Shown here piece after piece: positions 1 through 11,800 of a DNA stretch of 64,000 nucleotides. The stretch is from Acanthaster planci (Eukaryota). Both the position numbers and the translations under genes were made by a program. The first letter of the stretch is position 1. Each line of letters begins with the position of its first letter. The stretch spans positions 3,434,228-3,498,227 of the forward strand of contig NW_019091357.1 in the NCBI RefSeq assembly GCF_001949145.1, written 5' to 3'. Under the pieces are notes generated by a model. It worked only from the letters and a program-made list of their open reading frames with translations. It was not told where the DNA came from and ran no database searches.

Positions 1-662
1 TGGCCTCCCTAAATCACAAGGCGAGGCATCTCATGTACATGTCAATATAGGAATATAAAGTGTACATGCAATGTTAGAATTCTGGAAATAAAAGTTACAT
101 GCCAAAAAGTCATCTGAATCGTATACATGGTATAGGCCTAGTCGGCAAAGCCTCAATCAGGAAACATCACACCAACTTGGGGTTTAGTTTGAGGCGTGGA
201 GCTAGACGTGTCTCCTGAAAGAAGTCCTGCCATTTTCACAGAAATGGGCCATGTACATGTACTGTAGGCATGCCTAGTGTTGATCCTAGTCCTACTCCTT
301 GGAAGTATGATTACTAATCTTAACATGGTCTTTTCCTTTCTCCATGGTCTCAACGACTAGGCCTGTGAATTTTCTTCCTGTAAAGTGTAAGTGTGGAATA
401 ATAAAAGCAAAAATACCTTGTACTTACTCCATATCAAGTAGGTGTGCCAACAATTCCCCCGAGACTAATTTCTTACGAGAAGTCACGAAAATAAATGGAT
501 TAAATCGACCACCATGCGCTCATAATACAAGCGTACAGTCACTCAACGTGCACGTATCCCACCGCATCCACGTGCAGAGTGTATGTCTGTAACCGGTCCG
601 CCAACATCCGTCCGTTATGTTAGTTTTGCGTAGTGACGTCATGCACAGAGTGCCTGGCTTAC

Positions 663-708
663 CAATACTCGACGGGGGCTCCGTCTCAGGCTTCGTTCCC
701 AAAACCAT
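663..708 (-). CDS. Possible first coding exon of a gene running off the left edge (MVLGTKPETEPPSSI-)
   Basis: ccATGg start at 708, 46-nt open frame ending at a consensus donor TG|GTAAG (662-658), CpG-rich surroundings, TGACGTCA at 635-642. No homology recognised and no downstream exon identified. Confidence 0.35.
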
Positions 709-929
709 GGAACCAATCCCCGACTGTGGGCCTGAAGCGTTTAAATTAAATTGGATTACTGTAATTTCTGGCTCTCTTGCATCTTAGTTGATGTTTTGTG
801 GCACTATTAAACTAATTGATGCACTTACAGCTTCAACGTCAGCTAGTTAAAAACAGTTGAAGCCTCAGACAGAGCCGAAGTTAAGTACTGGAAAACGGCC
901 TTTAACTGCCTCACCGGCACCCAGAATAT

Positions 930-1112
930 AATACGGGTGATTCACAACAGTGCGCCTCCAAGAGTTTATAACGCGTTGGCCAATCACAACACGGGAGATC
1001 TGTCGACCCGTTCCATGATTCAAACGCGCATTGGGTAGACTGATTTCGCGCGTCGTGATTGGCCAACGTGTTGCAAACTCTTTGAGGCTCACCATTGTGA
1101 ATCGCCCGTATT
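930..1112. mobile_element. Palindromic MITE (~180 bp), copy 1 of 3
   Basis: Arms AATACGGGTGATTCACAA...TTGTGAATCGCCCGTATT, self-complementary over most of its length; homologous copies at ~22705-22873 and 26935-27108. Confidence 0.85.
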
Positions 1113-1169
1113 GAATAAAAATGTAAATGCACATTTGTTTGCAGTCAATTTCATGTTGTATTTATTCTC

Positions 1170-1512
1170 CCCAAACTAAATAAATTCGCACGCGGTTAAC
1201 CCTGCATTTTTTTTTCAAAGTGGGCCAGCTATGACTGAGATTTTTCTGTAAATGACTCAGAATTTCTTTTGGAGCAAGATAGGCATGGTTTGGAGCTCAG
1301 AAATGATGATATAAAGAAATTCATATATGGCTCTCAAATTAAATAAATTCGCTAGGGGTTAGCATTGCATTTTTATTTAAATCAGACCAAAATGTGACTT
1401 TTCCCCCCAAGAAACTGGGAGAAACTCTTCTTGTGCGAAATGAGTATGGGTTGGGCACAAATTCGTATTAGGCTAAGATTGAATAAATTGGCAAGAGTAA
1501 CTCTTGCACTTC
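1170..1512. repeat. Degenerate ~150-bp-period repeat (3 units)
   Basis: AATAAATT(C/G)GC...GTTA/GTAA...TGCA motif recurs near 1180, 1343 and 1483. Confidence 0.4.
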
Positions 1513-2828
1513 AAGTTTTACAGAAAATCTGCAAAATAAAAAGGCTAACCTTTCACAAATAAAAATCTGGAAATGTTCATTTTGAGTGAGATTTTAATTG
1601 CAATAGCAAGGCTAACCAACAACCCACTTTAAAATTTCCATTGACACAAGACAAGCACATTTTAAACATCTGCTGCAGATAATTTACTTGACTGGAAGAA
1701 CACTGGTTCCGTAAGAAATAAAACGATGATTTCAAATCATTCTAGAACATTTTTTATTTCAGAATTCAAAATTATAGTTCAACACTATAAAACATAAACC
1801 AAACTTCATAACTTAATTTGTTCAAAACAGAATCTCGAAGTCCCACTCTGTAATATTAGAGGCAAAAGCACACTTTGCAACAATTTCCTAAACTTTTCTT
1901 GACTTCGAATTCTTTTTCCGATTAAGAAATGTTTTTCATAAATCAGTCCTAAAGAGTAGCAACTTCAAATAATATTTACAACCTTAAAGGCTGTTTTTGC
2001 GCAATGAGCAAAACATTACACAAACTACGATGCTATTGCCTACCATTACCTCTATGGGAGGTCACAGCTGGAATGTAAAACCTATTTCATAACTTTCTTT
2101 ACCATGAGGTAATACTTGTTTTTGAAATCTCGGAAAAGTGATTCCTAAATTAAATGTGTAATCAGGCCAACTTGTTCTTGTCATTACCTGAGCAACGGTG
2201 ATATCATTTCAATTCCCATGAGCAGGGAACAAATTCCACACCCCCTTCCTGTTTTCTTTTTTTTATCGAGTGTACAAGTGCACACCATCTCAGGTCTTTC
2301 AAATACTGTCAAGAGGTTCTGGAAAATTTTCTAACATTTGGGAAGGTAGAGTCCAGCCAACAATATTTCTTGCTACGGGACTCGGTCCACGATGCCCCTT
2401 AATAATGTTGAAGTACACAGAATTTGCTGTTGATTTCCTGAAGAGAGGATGAGTTTGGAAGACTGAGGAGGAAGCTTCCTTCCAAAATGCTCAGAGGGTT
2501 AAAGTTAATCAATTCAACTGTCTATCAGTTCATCCTATAAAGTAAACATCATCATTAAAAATTTAACGTGAAAAACTGGAAAATTAGAATTGGTCAAAAA
2601 TTTTCGGAACAACCAAAAGCATGCACTGCTGTTGTGAGCGGTTTAGAAAATGGCAAACGTCTGTCCATAAAAATTAATTAGGGAAACAATTCCAGAGAGA
2701 ACAACAGAAGCAACAAATGTAACAGCCAGAGTTTTTAAAAACATCAACATCTTCGCTTGCTTCAGCAAAGCAAAACATTACATATCTTATAAACTAAATT
2801 GGTGTAAACTGTCCTTTCATCTTTTCTG

Positions 2829-5800
2829 CTACACCCTGAAGATGTTCAGCAGTCCTTTCCTCATTTGCTGCAGTTCATGTTGTTGCTGTGGTATACAAAC
2901 AAGGCAAAGTGAGATGAATTTTCAAAGCCTCTCTGTTTTGAACGAAATGAACAGTGCTTTAAAGGGCGCTAGTTCCGTGCATAAATAAATTGGTTGGACC
3001 TCATTCAAACTGAAAAACATTTCTATTTCTATATTTCCAATTTCATGTTTTCCCCAAATGTTGCCATGTTAGGGTTGTGCTCCCAAACAGGAGTTACCTG
3101 GGTCAACAAGAAGTAGAAGTACTTTTTGGCAGGGGCCTTGCTACAGATTTCTTCCCCCCGTGACGTGGTAGTCCTACAGATGCAAAGGGCAAAATGTACT
3201 CACAGCGTCTTGAATGAGCAGCTTGTGCATGTTGACCATCTCTTGGTGCAGCACCTGCCTGACGCCGTGCTGCAGGTGCCGGCCCAGCTGCCGGTTCAGC
3301 TCCCCGGAGTCCGTCTCGTGTTGGCTGTGCAGTGACTTCACCCGCTGTATGCTGCAGGAACAAAATGGCGTTGGGTGAAAAAATGACAGGAATAGAATTC
3401 CGAGGGGCACTGCGGCCGAGCACGGAAGTCAATGAAGCTTCATATTCGGCTACACTGTAAGTATGCCACGTTTTGAGACGAGAGCATTTGGCTGATTGCA
3501 AGAACAGAAAATGTTTACGCTCAAGTAGGAGTGAGAGACCACACTAACCTGCATGGGACACAGCTCAGCTCAACAAGTTACATGTTGCTAAATGTACTTC
3601 TGCAGAAATTGTATCAATTTATTATTGTGGGTGAAAATGATTGCTATGACCATTGGATGTCGACATGAATGGTACAAATCACAATCACGGACAGTTTGCT
3701 TTTTACAATGCATCAGAAAAGACAAAAAAAAAAATTGTTCCAAGAACTCAATCTGTTGTGTCTAGCGTCATATGGCACACGGACTCATTGACGATGTCAT
3801 AGACAGTAAAGTGAATGGGTCCGTACTTCAAAATCTAAGTTTCATTCAACACCAGACACACTGTCAGAAGGAGCATTTTCACCTCCACACCACTGAGGAG
3901 GGGGCCCTACTCACTGCTTGAGCAGAGTGGAGGCCGTCATGTGACAGTGCTGCTCCAGTGTTGCCTGCAGCTCTCTCTGGACATCCTTTAAGTGACCCAG
4001 CTCGTCCTCCAGGGAGACGATTTCGGCCAGCAGGCGGCTCTTAAACTCCTCCTGAGCTTCGCTCCTGGAAACAAACCAACCAACAAAACAAACATCATCC
4101 CAGGATTGAACGTTGATGGGATAGGCTGCCGAAGGACTAGTTTTGGATTACATAAGAACTTGGTTGTTGGCTGGACGATTTCTTTAAAACTACCAACGAC
4201 TGTTCATCCAGATATGTCCAAACTCAAAGCCTGGAAAAAAAAAAAACAGACAACGAGGGGCTTGATGTTTGGAATGAAGAAACAGGCCCGGGGAGTGCAC
4301 TCACGGATGATCCAGTAAATTCTAGGCTAGTTGGCACTCGCTTGAAATGTGACCTAGTAAGGCCAGGTAAGTCAGCTAGCCTGCACTGCTACCCAAGAAT
4401 TCCCTGTAAATGGTAAACTGTAAGTGGTAAAACTATGCTGTGAATCCGTTAAAGATGGGCTTCATTAGCCCCTTGATCATTGGCTAAAAACACCCTGTTT
4501 AACCGATTCAAAAGTTTTGTTTTTGGTGTTGCCTTTACACCAGCATGTATTCTGTGGTCTAAGAGTTGGGACAAAAATCACCAACTTTTTTGGGTGTGAT
4601 TTGAACCCACGACTTCCTGCTTACTGTTGCAGATGTCCCAAGCACTCGACTACTGAGTTTGTCTGGATTCAGCTGGCTCAAATCCAATGCAGCAGCAGGT
4701 ACCACAAGTAATAAATGATATCAATTTTGTTTTGGATTGAAAAGTCGGACAATTCAACCTGAAGGGAATCACGAATGAAACACTTCAGTGCAACTGACAC
4801 TTCTTGTGATTCCTCGGCTGTAACACATGGTGACAAATCGCGCATTGTCTGCAGAACACAACACTGTGTGGGCGACCAACAACTCCATTCACATCCCAAG
4901 GGGGTGGTCTTGAGTTGTTTATACCTTGCTTGGTGCTGCTGGGACCAGAGCTTGGACACCTCTCTCTTGGTTGTCTTCACTGCTCCTTCGGTCAGCTGTC
5001 GGGCCTGTCTCTGCTCGGTCTGATGGATACAGAAGGAAAATCATTTAAGCAGGTTTCCCACAGAAAGGGGAAAGCCAGATTCAATGACTTTCCAGGACTT
5101 TCAGGAGTGACATATGACAATTTCCATGATATTCAAAGCCATTTTGCAAAAAAAAAAAAAGTTGTTAGGTATTTGGAACTGGAAAACTGACATAGTCATT
5201 ACCACAGACTGACATGGATAGCCTATATTTATTATTCCATCATAAAATCAAATGCAGCTTATCAAAAATAACCCTTGCATGATCTTAATTTCCATGACTT
5301 CTTCCCTCTGACAAAACAACTCCAGGAAATCCTTCCTTTTTCCTACTTTTCCATTACTTTTTCTGTGACATGCCAGGACAACTTTTATTGAGGCCTTTTC
5401 AGGATAATCCATAACCATGCCAACCCCGATTAAATACGTTTTATGGGTATTCTACAAGCGTACATTGATTATATATGCTGAAAATAAAGAAGCAAAAAAG
5501 CTGGACCACGTTCAACAGTGTTTTCTTTCAATATCAGCATCATTCTGCTGTGTCAAGTGGTAATAAAGTTAGGACAGAAGTCAGGGCACAAATCTGGGTA
5601 CAATCCCAGGCCCATTTTAATGGCGCAGCTTAACAGTTAGCAGAAAAGTCTTGCTTACTATATTAGAAAATGTTCCTTACAGTAAGCACGATTTCATGGC
5701 AGTGTCAGGCATGGTTGCGCTTACGGTTGTGCGTGAACAGTGATCTCTATTGTTTTGTCACAGCGCGTTAAGCAAATTTTTCCTCCAAGGTAAGCGTTCA

Positions 5801-8800
5801 TTTTGCCGTGCTTAATGCTTACGGTTGTCATGAAATACATTCAGCCTCTGTTGGTGTAAAATCGGGTGCTTAGCAGTGCCTTGAAATTGGGCCCAGGTCA
5901 CAAACAACAGGCGATAAGCAAAGAAAAAGGAGTGTCTATATAGCTGCTATTCAAATCGTTTGGGACTCAGGACTGAATAGCCTGTGACAGACTTGCATAG
6001 AACTGACAAACTCTGGAAAAAGCCCCCTTGCTAGTTAGGTGCCTGGTGTTTGCTAGGCTGTTCCCATTGGAAATAGCATTCCTTCCCCAATCCAGAGCCA
6101 TCAGTACTCCCGTGAGTAACCTTCTAAGCAGTCTAGGTTTGGAGATTGCTCACGTACCAGCATTCTCTGCTTGTGAGTGCTGGTGATCGTCTTGAACATC
6201 TTGGTGATCTGCATCGTCGGGAAGCTCCCCAAGGACTGAAAAGAGGATGGGATGTCACCGGTGCTGGTGTCTTCGGTGTCTTCCATCTCCACCTCTGGAG
6301 AATTTGAGCTGGTAGTAGCTGATGACGAAAAGCAAAAGTATATAACGTGATTCAATTGTTGGTTTGTGTTCAGACAATTTGCAATCGTAAGAAACAACCT
6401 TGGAATTACTAATCTGCCATTTTCTGAACTTTCACCTGATAAACTCCAGTCTTCAACAATAAAAACTGGACCCCAGACTTACAGAATGACCCACATAAAC
6501 CTCGTACAAGACATAATAATAATGCACATTCCAAAGCTGTCTAAAAATTCAGCACTCTTACTCATGCGTGCTTTGAAGAGCTTCTTTGGTCTCAGCGACC
6601 CCTGGCCAGAGTGAGGCACTAGTCCACAAGGTGGCACGTCACCGTCAGCATCTTCACCGTCAGAGCTGACTACTGTGTCTCCATCAACCTGTGCCCCGTC
6701 ATCTTCTCCGTCGTCATCGTTGAAGATGTCGCCATACTTCCGCTTAAGTGTTGAGGCAGTAGGACAAGCCCTGGAGGACGGACCTGAGTTGTAAATGTAA
6801 TGGGGTCAACAATTAATTCATCTTTCCGGTATAATTTTGTTACAAACACAGTCTTTGAACTGCACAAGAAAGAGAAATTTATTAGTGTGCATGGATGCAG
6901 GAATGGGTATTTGCCCGAACTGTACAAAATGCAACTTCGTCAGCCTTTGTGACATTTTTCTATTCAACAAGCTAACAAGTACATTTCAGCATGTTTTGAA
7001 TTAAGCAATTGGTTAAAACACAGCGCTCAATTTGGTCACCATCATTTACACAACTATGTAACTTTAAGCGCAGGAAGCATTAGTTTTCCAAATGTTGAAT
7101 AAATTTGAGGTAACATATTCACCTGTACCTTGTTACAACAGTTACACTGATTCTGGATTACACACCTGACTTGAGACAATCTTCTTCTATCACTGGTGTG
7201 AAGTCTTCAGCATAATTTGGATCAGAGTCAAAGGTGACTTGCTAAAACAGAACAATGATTAGTTAAGTTTCTGGCTGTTGAGGAAATTAAATGGGCTGTT
7301 ACAACACTTAAATTAGTTATCTTTTAAGCAGTGATAAATTGTCTGTAGTTTTGGTTCATTCAAGTTAATCTTACACTTTTCAGTTTAATCTTATACCAGA
7401 TTTTGCCCTTAAGCCAATGCTTATGTTCACATTGTGTTTTTAATTGCAAAAAAACTCACAACTTGCTGAGGTGGATTCGAGCTCACGACTACTGCTTACT
7501 TTATAACTTCCATATTTTAAGTAATATGGCATTCAGAAATATGTGACCGGTGCCACAAAAATGGGTATTATGGGACATTTTTGCAAAATGAGTCACATAC
7601 ACTTTTGAATAGGTGACATCATCGTAAGCTTTAATTTGGTGTAAGTTTGAACCTTGTGGCATTTGGCAATCTGGAGATATATTGATTTTTGCATAATCAT
7701 ATCATACACATTAACAGAATTACTTTCGGACCGGGCGGAGATAAAGCCCTTTAAACACAGGAAGTGGAGAAAAAAAATCTGCCAAGAAAAAGATCTCTTA
7801 ATACCCATAGCAACAGTTAGGTTTCTTGTATGAATTGTGGAAGTACTGATATAAAAGAACCCAAAAAACCAGGAAGTAAAAAATCACCCTGTCCACATAA
7901 AAAAGCCCTTAGTGTGATATAGCACAGTGTCCCTTATTACCCTTTTTGGCAGAGCGGGTCACACATAAGAGTGTAGTTTGAAAAATTCACATCTCTTCGC
8001 ACATACAGGTGCAGCAATGACATGATAAACCAAATACTAGTTAACCCTGGCTCCAATAAACTGAACCTTGACTCTAGCTCATTTTTTTAACATCAGGAAG
8101 AAAAATACCTTGGGTGTTTTCCCCGAGGAGCTTGTGCCTCGGCTGGAGATGGACGAGGAGATCTTTAGGGATTTGGGAGTGACCAGGTCAGGCCGGCCCC
8201 CGGCCTGCATGTCCTCAACCAAGACCGAGGGAGTGAGCGGGTAGAGGTCCTCCTCTATGTCACCAGTGGCTCTGTCGGGATCATCCCTGGCGACCTCTAT
8301 GCTGGACTCCTCCTCCTTGCCTTCCTCTTGGGAGGACCAGTGCAGCGACCAAGGTGTGCTGGTGCACCGGGGCATGGACTGTTAAGGAAGGGAGCAAAGA
8401 GCGCAGGAGTGATGGCCAGTTTGCAGAATATCAATGCGAGGTCAATGTCACGTCATGAAATGTTGGCGGGTCGATTCGCCTGGCTCGAAATGTCTTCAGT
8501 AGTTGCTCGCCAATCTACAGTACCAATAGTATTGTAATGTAAATAATCCATGTTTGTTTTACTCGTGTAAACTGGCTTTGTAATGAGCAAGTGCAACTTA
8601 CAATGGAAATGTGACCTACTTGAAGGGCAGCAGGTAATGCCCTTGCCCTTGCTGTTGATTCAGGTCTGTGCCCTGGGCACAGACATGAAAAAGGGTAAAG
8701 TACAACCATCTGAATTCATACCTTGACGGTCTTTTCACTTCTGGTGGAGTTGTCCAACAGGGTCTTGTTGGCAGAGCTACGCCTCAGCTGGCTGTCCGAC

Positions 8801-11800
8801 AGACTGCTGGACTCGTGATTCTCCCTGTAGTAGAACAAGCACATGTCCAGGCTGTCTACGTCTGCCTCCTGGGAGCTCTTCAGTGGATTCTGTTTCCTCT
8901 TCCTAGGCAGAGCCGGTTTCTCGTCCTGAAAATCAGAATGTTACAAAGTAGACTGCGACCTCGTCACTGCCTCGTGATTATGCAGGTTGCATGTTACATT
9001 TGTCCAATGTGGATCAAGATGTCAAACGGTCTCATCGTGCAGAAAGAGTACCACTTTATTATACCTTCTTCTTTCTCGGCTTTCTCTTGTTCAGTCTGGG
9101 TTTCTTCTTGACCGTGGTGTCCAGGTTTATCGTGGAGGTGAGCGACACCCACTCCTTCTTGTGGGTCTTGGAGTAAGTGCAAACCTGACATCCGCATGCA
9201 TTTTCCATGGAACAATGATCGATGTAATGACGGAGGTAAGGGATGATTGGGAGTAGGCAGCGGGTTGACGAGGGAATAAAAAACGGGGAAACAGGTGTGT
9301 TGGAAAGGAAAGAAATTGAAGGGGAGGACGGTGTGAAGGTGGTTTTAGCCAGAAAGGTATCTCAGAGGCTTTGAAGGCCACTAAACATCATGGCTTCTGC
9401 TCACTCTACTTTAATTTTACGGCAGTTTGGTGTATTATTTATTTTTGACGTATTTTTTGTTTATTTACTGTCCAATATGTTTTCCCTTCTCTACGCTTCT
9501 CTGTGTATGACTTAAAAGTTCTGGCAATTAAATTTACCATACACCCAGCTGTTTGCTGTGCAGGGCTTCCCCTGGGCTAAAAGACTGTGAAAGGAAGAAA
9601 ATGAAGGGACTTGTGGAAGAGGCCACATGTGGTGGCATTTTCTGACCTGTACTGTAGACCCAGCAAGTACAGATTAACCAACTAATTATATTAATTTGGA
9701 CACTGTCTTACTTTCAATTTACAGGAAATCTGATAGTTCTCTGGTCAACTCCTGGCTAAACCCTGGAAGGGAATAATGAAAGCGATGATGGGCACGGACA
9801 ATGATCACCATGACAACAATAAACGGGGGCAGCAACCCCTGACCTGAATTTTAACAAAAAGTGGCAGCTAGCTGTTGAATCACTGGCTAGCTGCTGAATC
9901 ACCAACTGATCAAAGCAGTAAATGCAAAATCCAGTTACCTTCTGCATGGGTTTCTCGGCCAACCAACTTCTTTCGCTGACAACATCGGGTTCACGCCGCT
10001 TCTTGCTGGAGCGGCGCGGTGGCTCAGGAGAAGCTGCCAGACTGCCTGGCTCCTCCTCCTGTGCCCCCTCGTGTTCCTCGTCATTTGACTGCCATTCACT
10101 GAATTTATTTTTCAAAAAACGGAAAGTTACTACAAGTCGAAATGGTGAAATGACCTATTCTTTCAACACTGCAAACTCAGGAGATGACCTGATTTCAAAA
10201 ACAATTCTTTCAGAAACTTCACAGAAGATTTTCTCAAAATTTTTCAAACAATTCTGAGGAGACATGCATTTTTTTAAAAGCTGATTTTTGTTGGAGAGGG
10301 GAGCTAATTCTGTGGTTAGGTCTCTGAGACCTCTAAGACCTGAATAAGTTAGTGCTGGCTGGTCTGCTAAGCCCAAGTTGGCAGCCGGGTGTAATGAGTA
10401 AAAGCAGGTATTCACAGCCTCTGGTGTACTACCGAGCCTTGAGAGCTTTCAGTGGGGTAATTCCAAAAACTCCTGACCGTCCACTCAGTGAACTATCACG
10501 CATTTTTACATTGATAACCAAAACCAGTATGCACAGCAAATCGATCACTATAGCCTATGCAGACAGATTTGCTCCAAACGGGGGCTCAACGATGGGTGTG
10601 CAATCTTCCAATCTTTCAGCTGCAGCTGGAAAGACATGTAAAGAACACACACACATCTGTGGAAAACTGTTGAAGCCATTAGCTGTGGCTTGGGAGGGTA
10701 CATTCTTATGCCAGAACCGTGTATTTCAAATAACATGGGCAACTTCAAGGAAAAATGCTTGGACAGTACAGGGGGCATGCGGCCTGGTGGTTAGAGTTTG
10801 TAGCTTCTGATCATAGGGTCAGGGGTTCGAATCCAGCTGGTGGCAGTATGTTGCGATCTTGGGCAAGTCACGTTACCCCTGTGTGCCTCTCTCCACCCAG
10901 GAGTAAATGGGTACCTGTGAGGGTAGATTTGGTTGTTAGCCGTGTGCGCCTGATAGGGCAGCATCAGCTAGTAAACTCCCCGGGGAACTGAGATGGTTTC
11001 AGGAATGTTCAGTTGTTGTGAGCCCAATGTGCAGGGATAATGATAATACAGTGCCTTGAGCATCAGTTGTGATGGATATGTGCGCTATATAAATATCCAC
11101 TGTTATTATTATAACAGTGCACTTTTGATTGGTGATGCAACAAGATTACCTGTCTTGGCTTTGATAATAGATCTTAGGGATGTTCCTGTATGACTGTTTT
11201 GTTGCTAGTCCTCGACCTGACTTATTGACCAAACTCTGGAAGAGAAGAATAAGAAAAGGGTTCACTTTCAATTGCGTCTTGAGGAGCGATCTTTGGTTCC
11301 AATGCCGATAACCAATTGATGCTGATCAAGCCCGTCTAAAGGGTCATGCAAGTCACAAGGAGCAAACAGACTACGGTTTAATGTTATAGTCCCGACGGAA
11401 CATTTTTTTGGGACTGGTCTTCAAGTAGTGAGAGACCAACCTGGCAAACCTTGCTGAAGTTCTCCACGGACACAGTGTCTGTGTTGGCGTCGTCGTCACT
11501 GGAAATACTGACAGCATCTTCTCGATTGGGGACTTCCTCCGACTCATCTTCGACAATCTCCACTCCAAAGCTTGATCCTTTCCTCCTCCATGATGGCTTG
11601 CGACTGCTGATTGGCTCCCTGGAGGACTGCCGCTGCTTTTCCACAGATGCTGTTGAGGATTTCTTGCTCGGCCTCTCTACTTGTTCCTTGTCCAGGACAT
11701 ATGTGTTTCTACCAGATCGAGGCCTCTCCCTTCTTGATTTCTCTCCCCTGCGTGGTACAAGATTTACATAAACCATACAAAGCTTGGAGCATAACTACTT

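Noticed and set aside
865..1134. Similar short ORFs at ~0.9, 22.7 and 26.9 kb suggesting a peptide family
   Set aside because: All are translations of the same palindromic MITE.
4590..4670. tRNA-like B-box sequences here and at ~7470 and ~23725
   Set aside because: Degenerate SINE heads; no complete cloverleaf evident.
8452..8514. Possible extra 63-nt in-frame SYCP2 cassette exon (IGEQLLKTFRARRIDPPTFHD)
   Set aside because: Weak donor (GAC|GTGACA) and not needed for frame; cannot be supported without RNA data.
10352..10810. 152-aa plus-strand ORF and a minus-strand acceptor at ~10626
   Set aside because: No recognisable domain; the candidate exon has stops in all frames; SYCP2 splices in phase across it.
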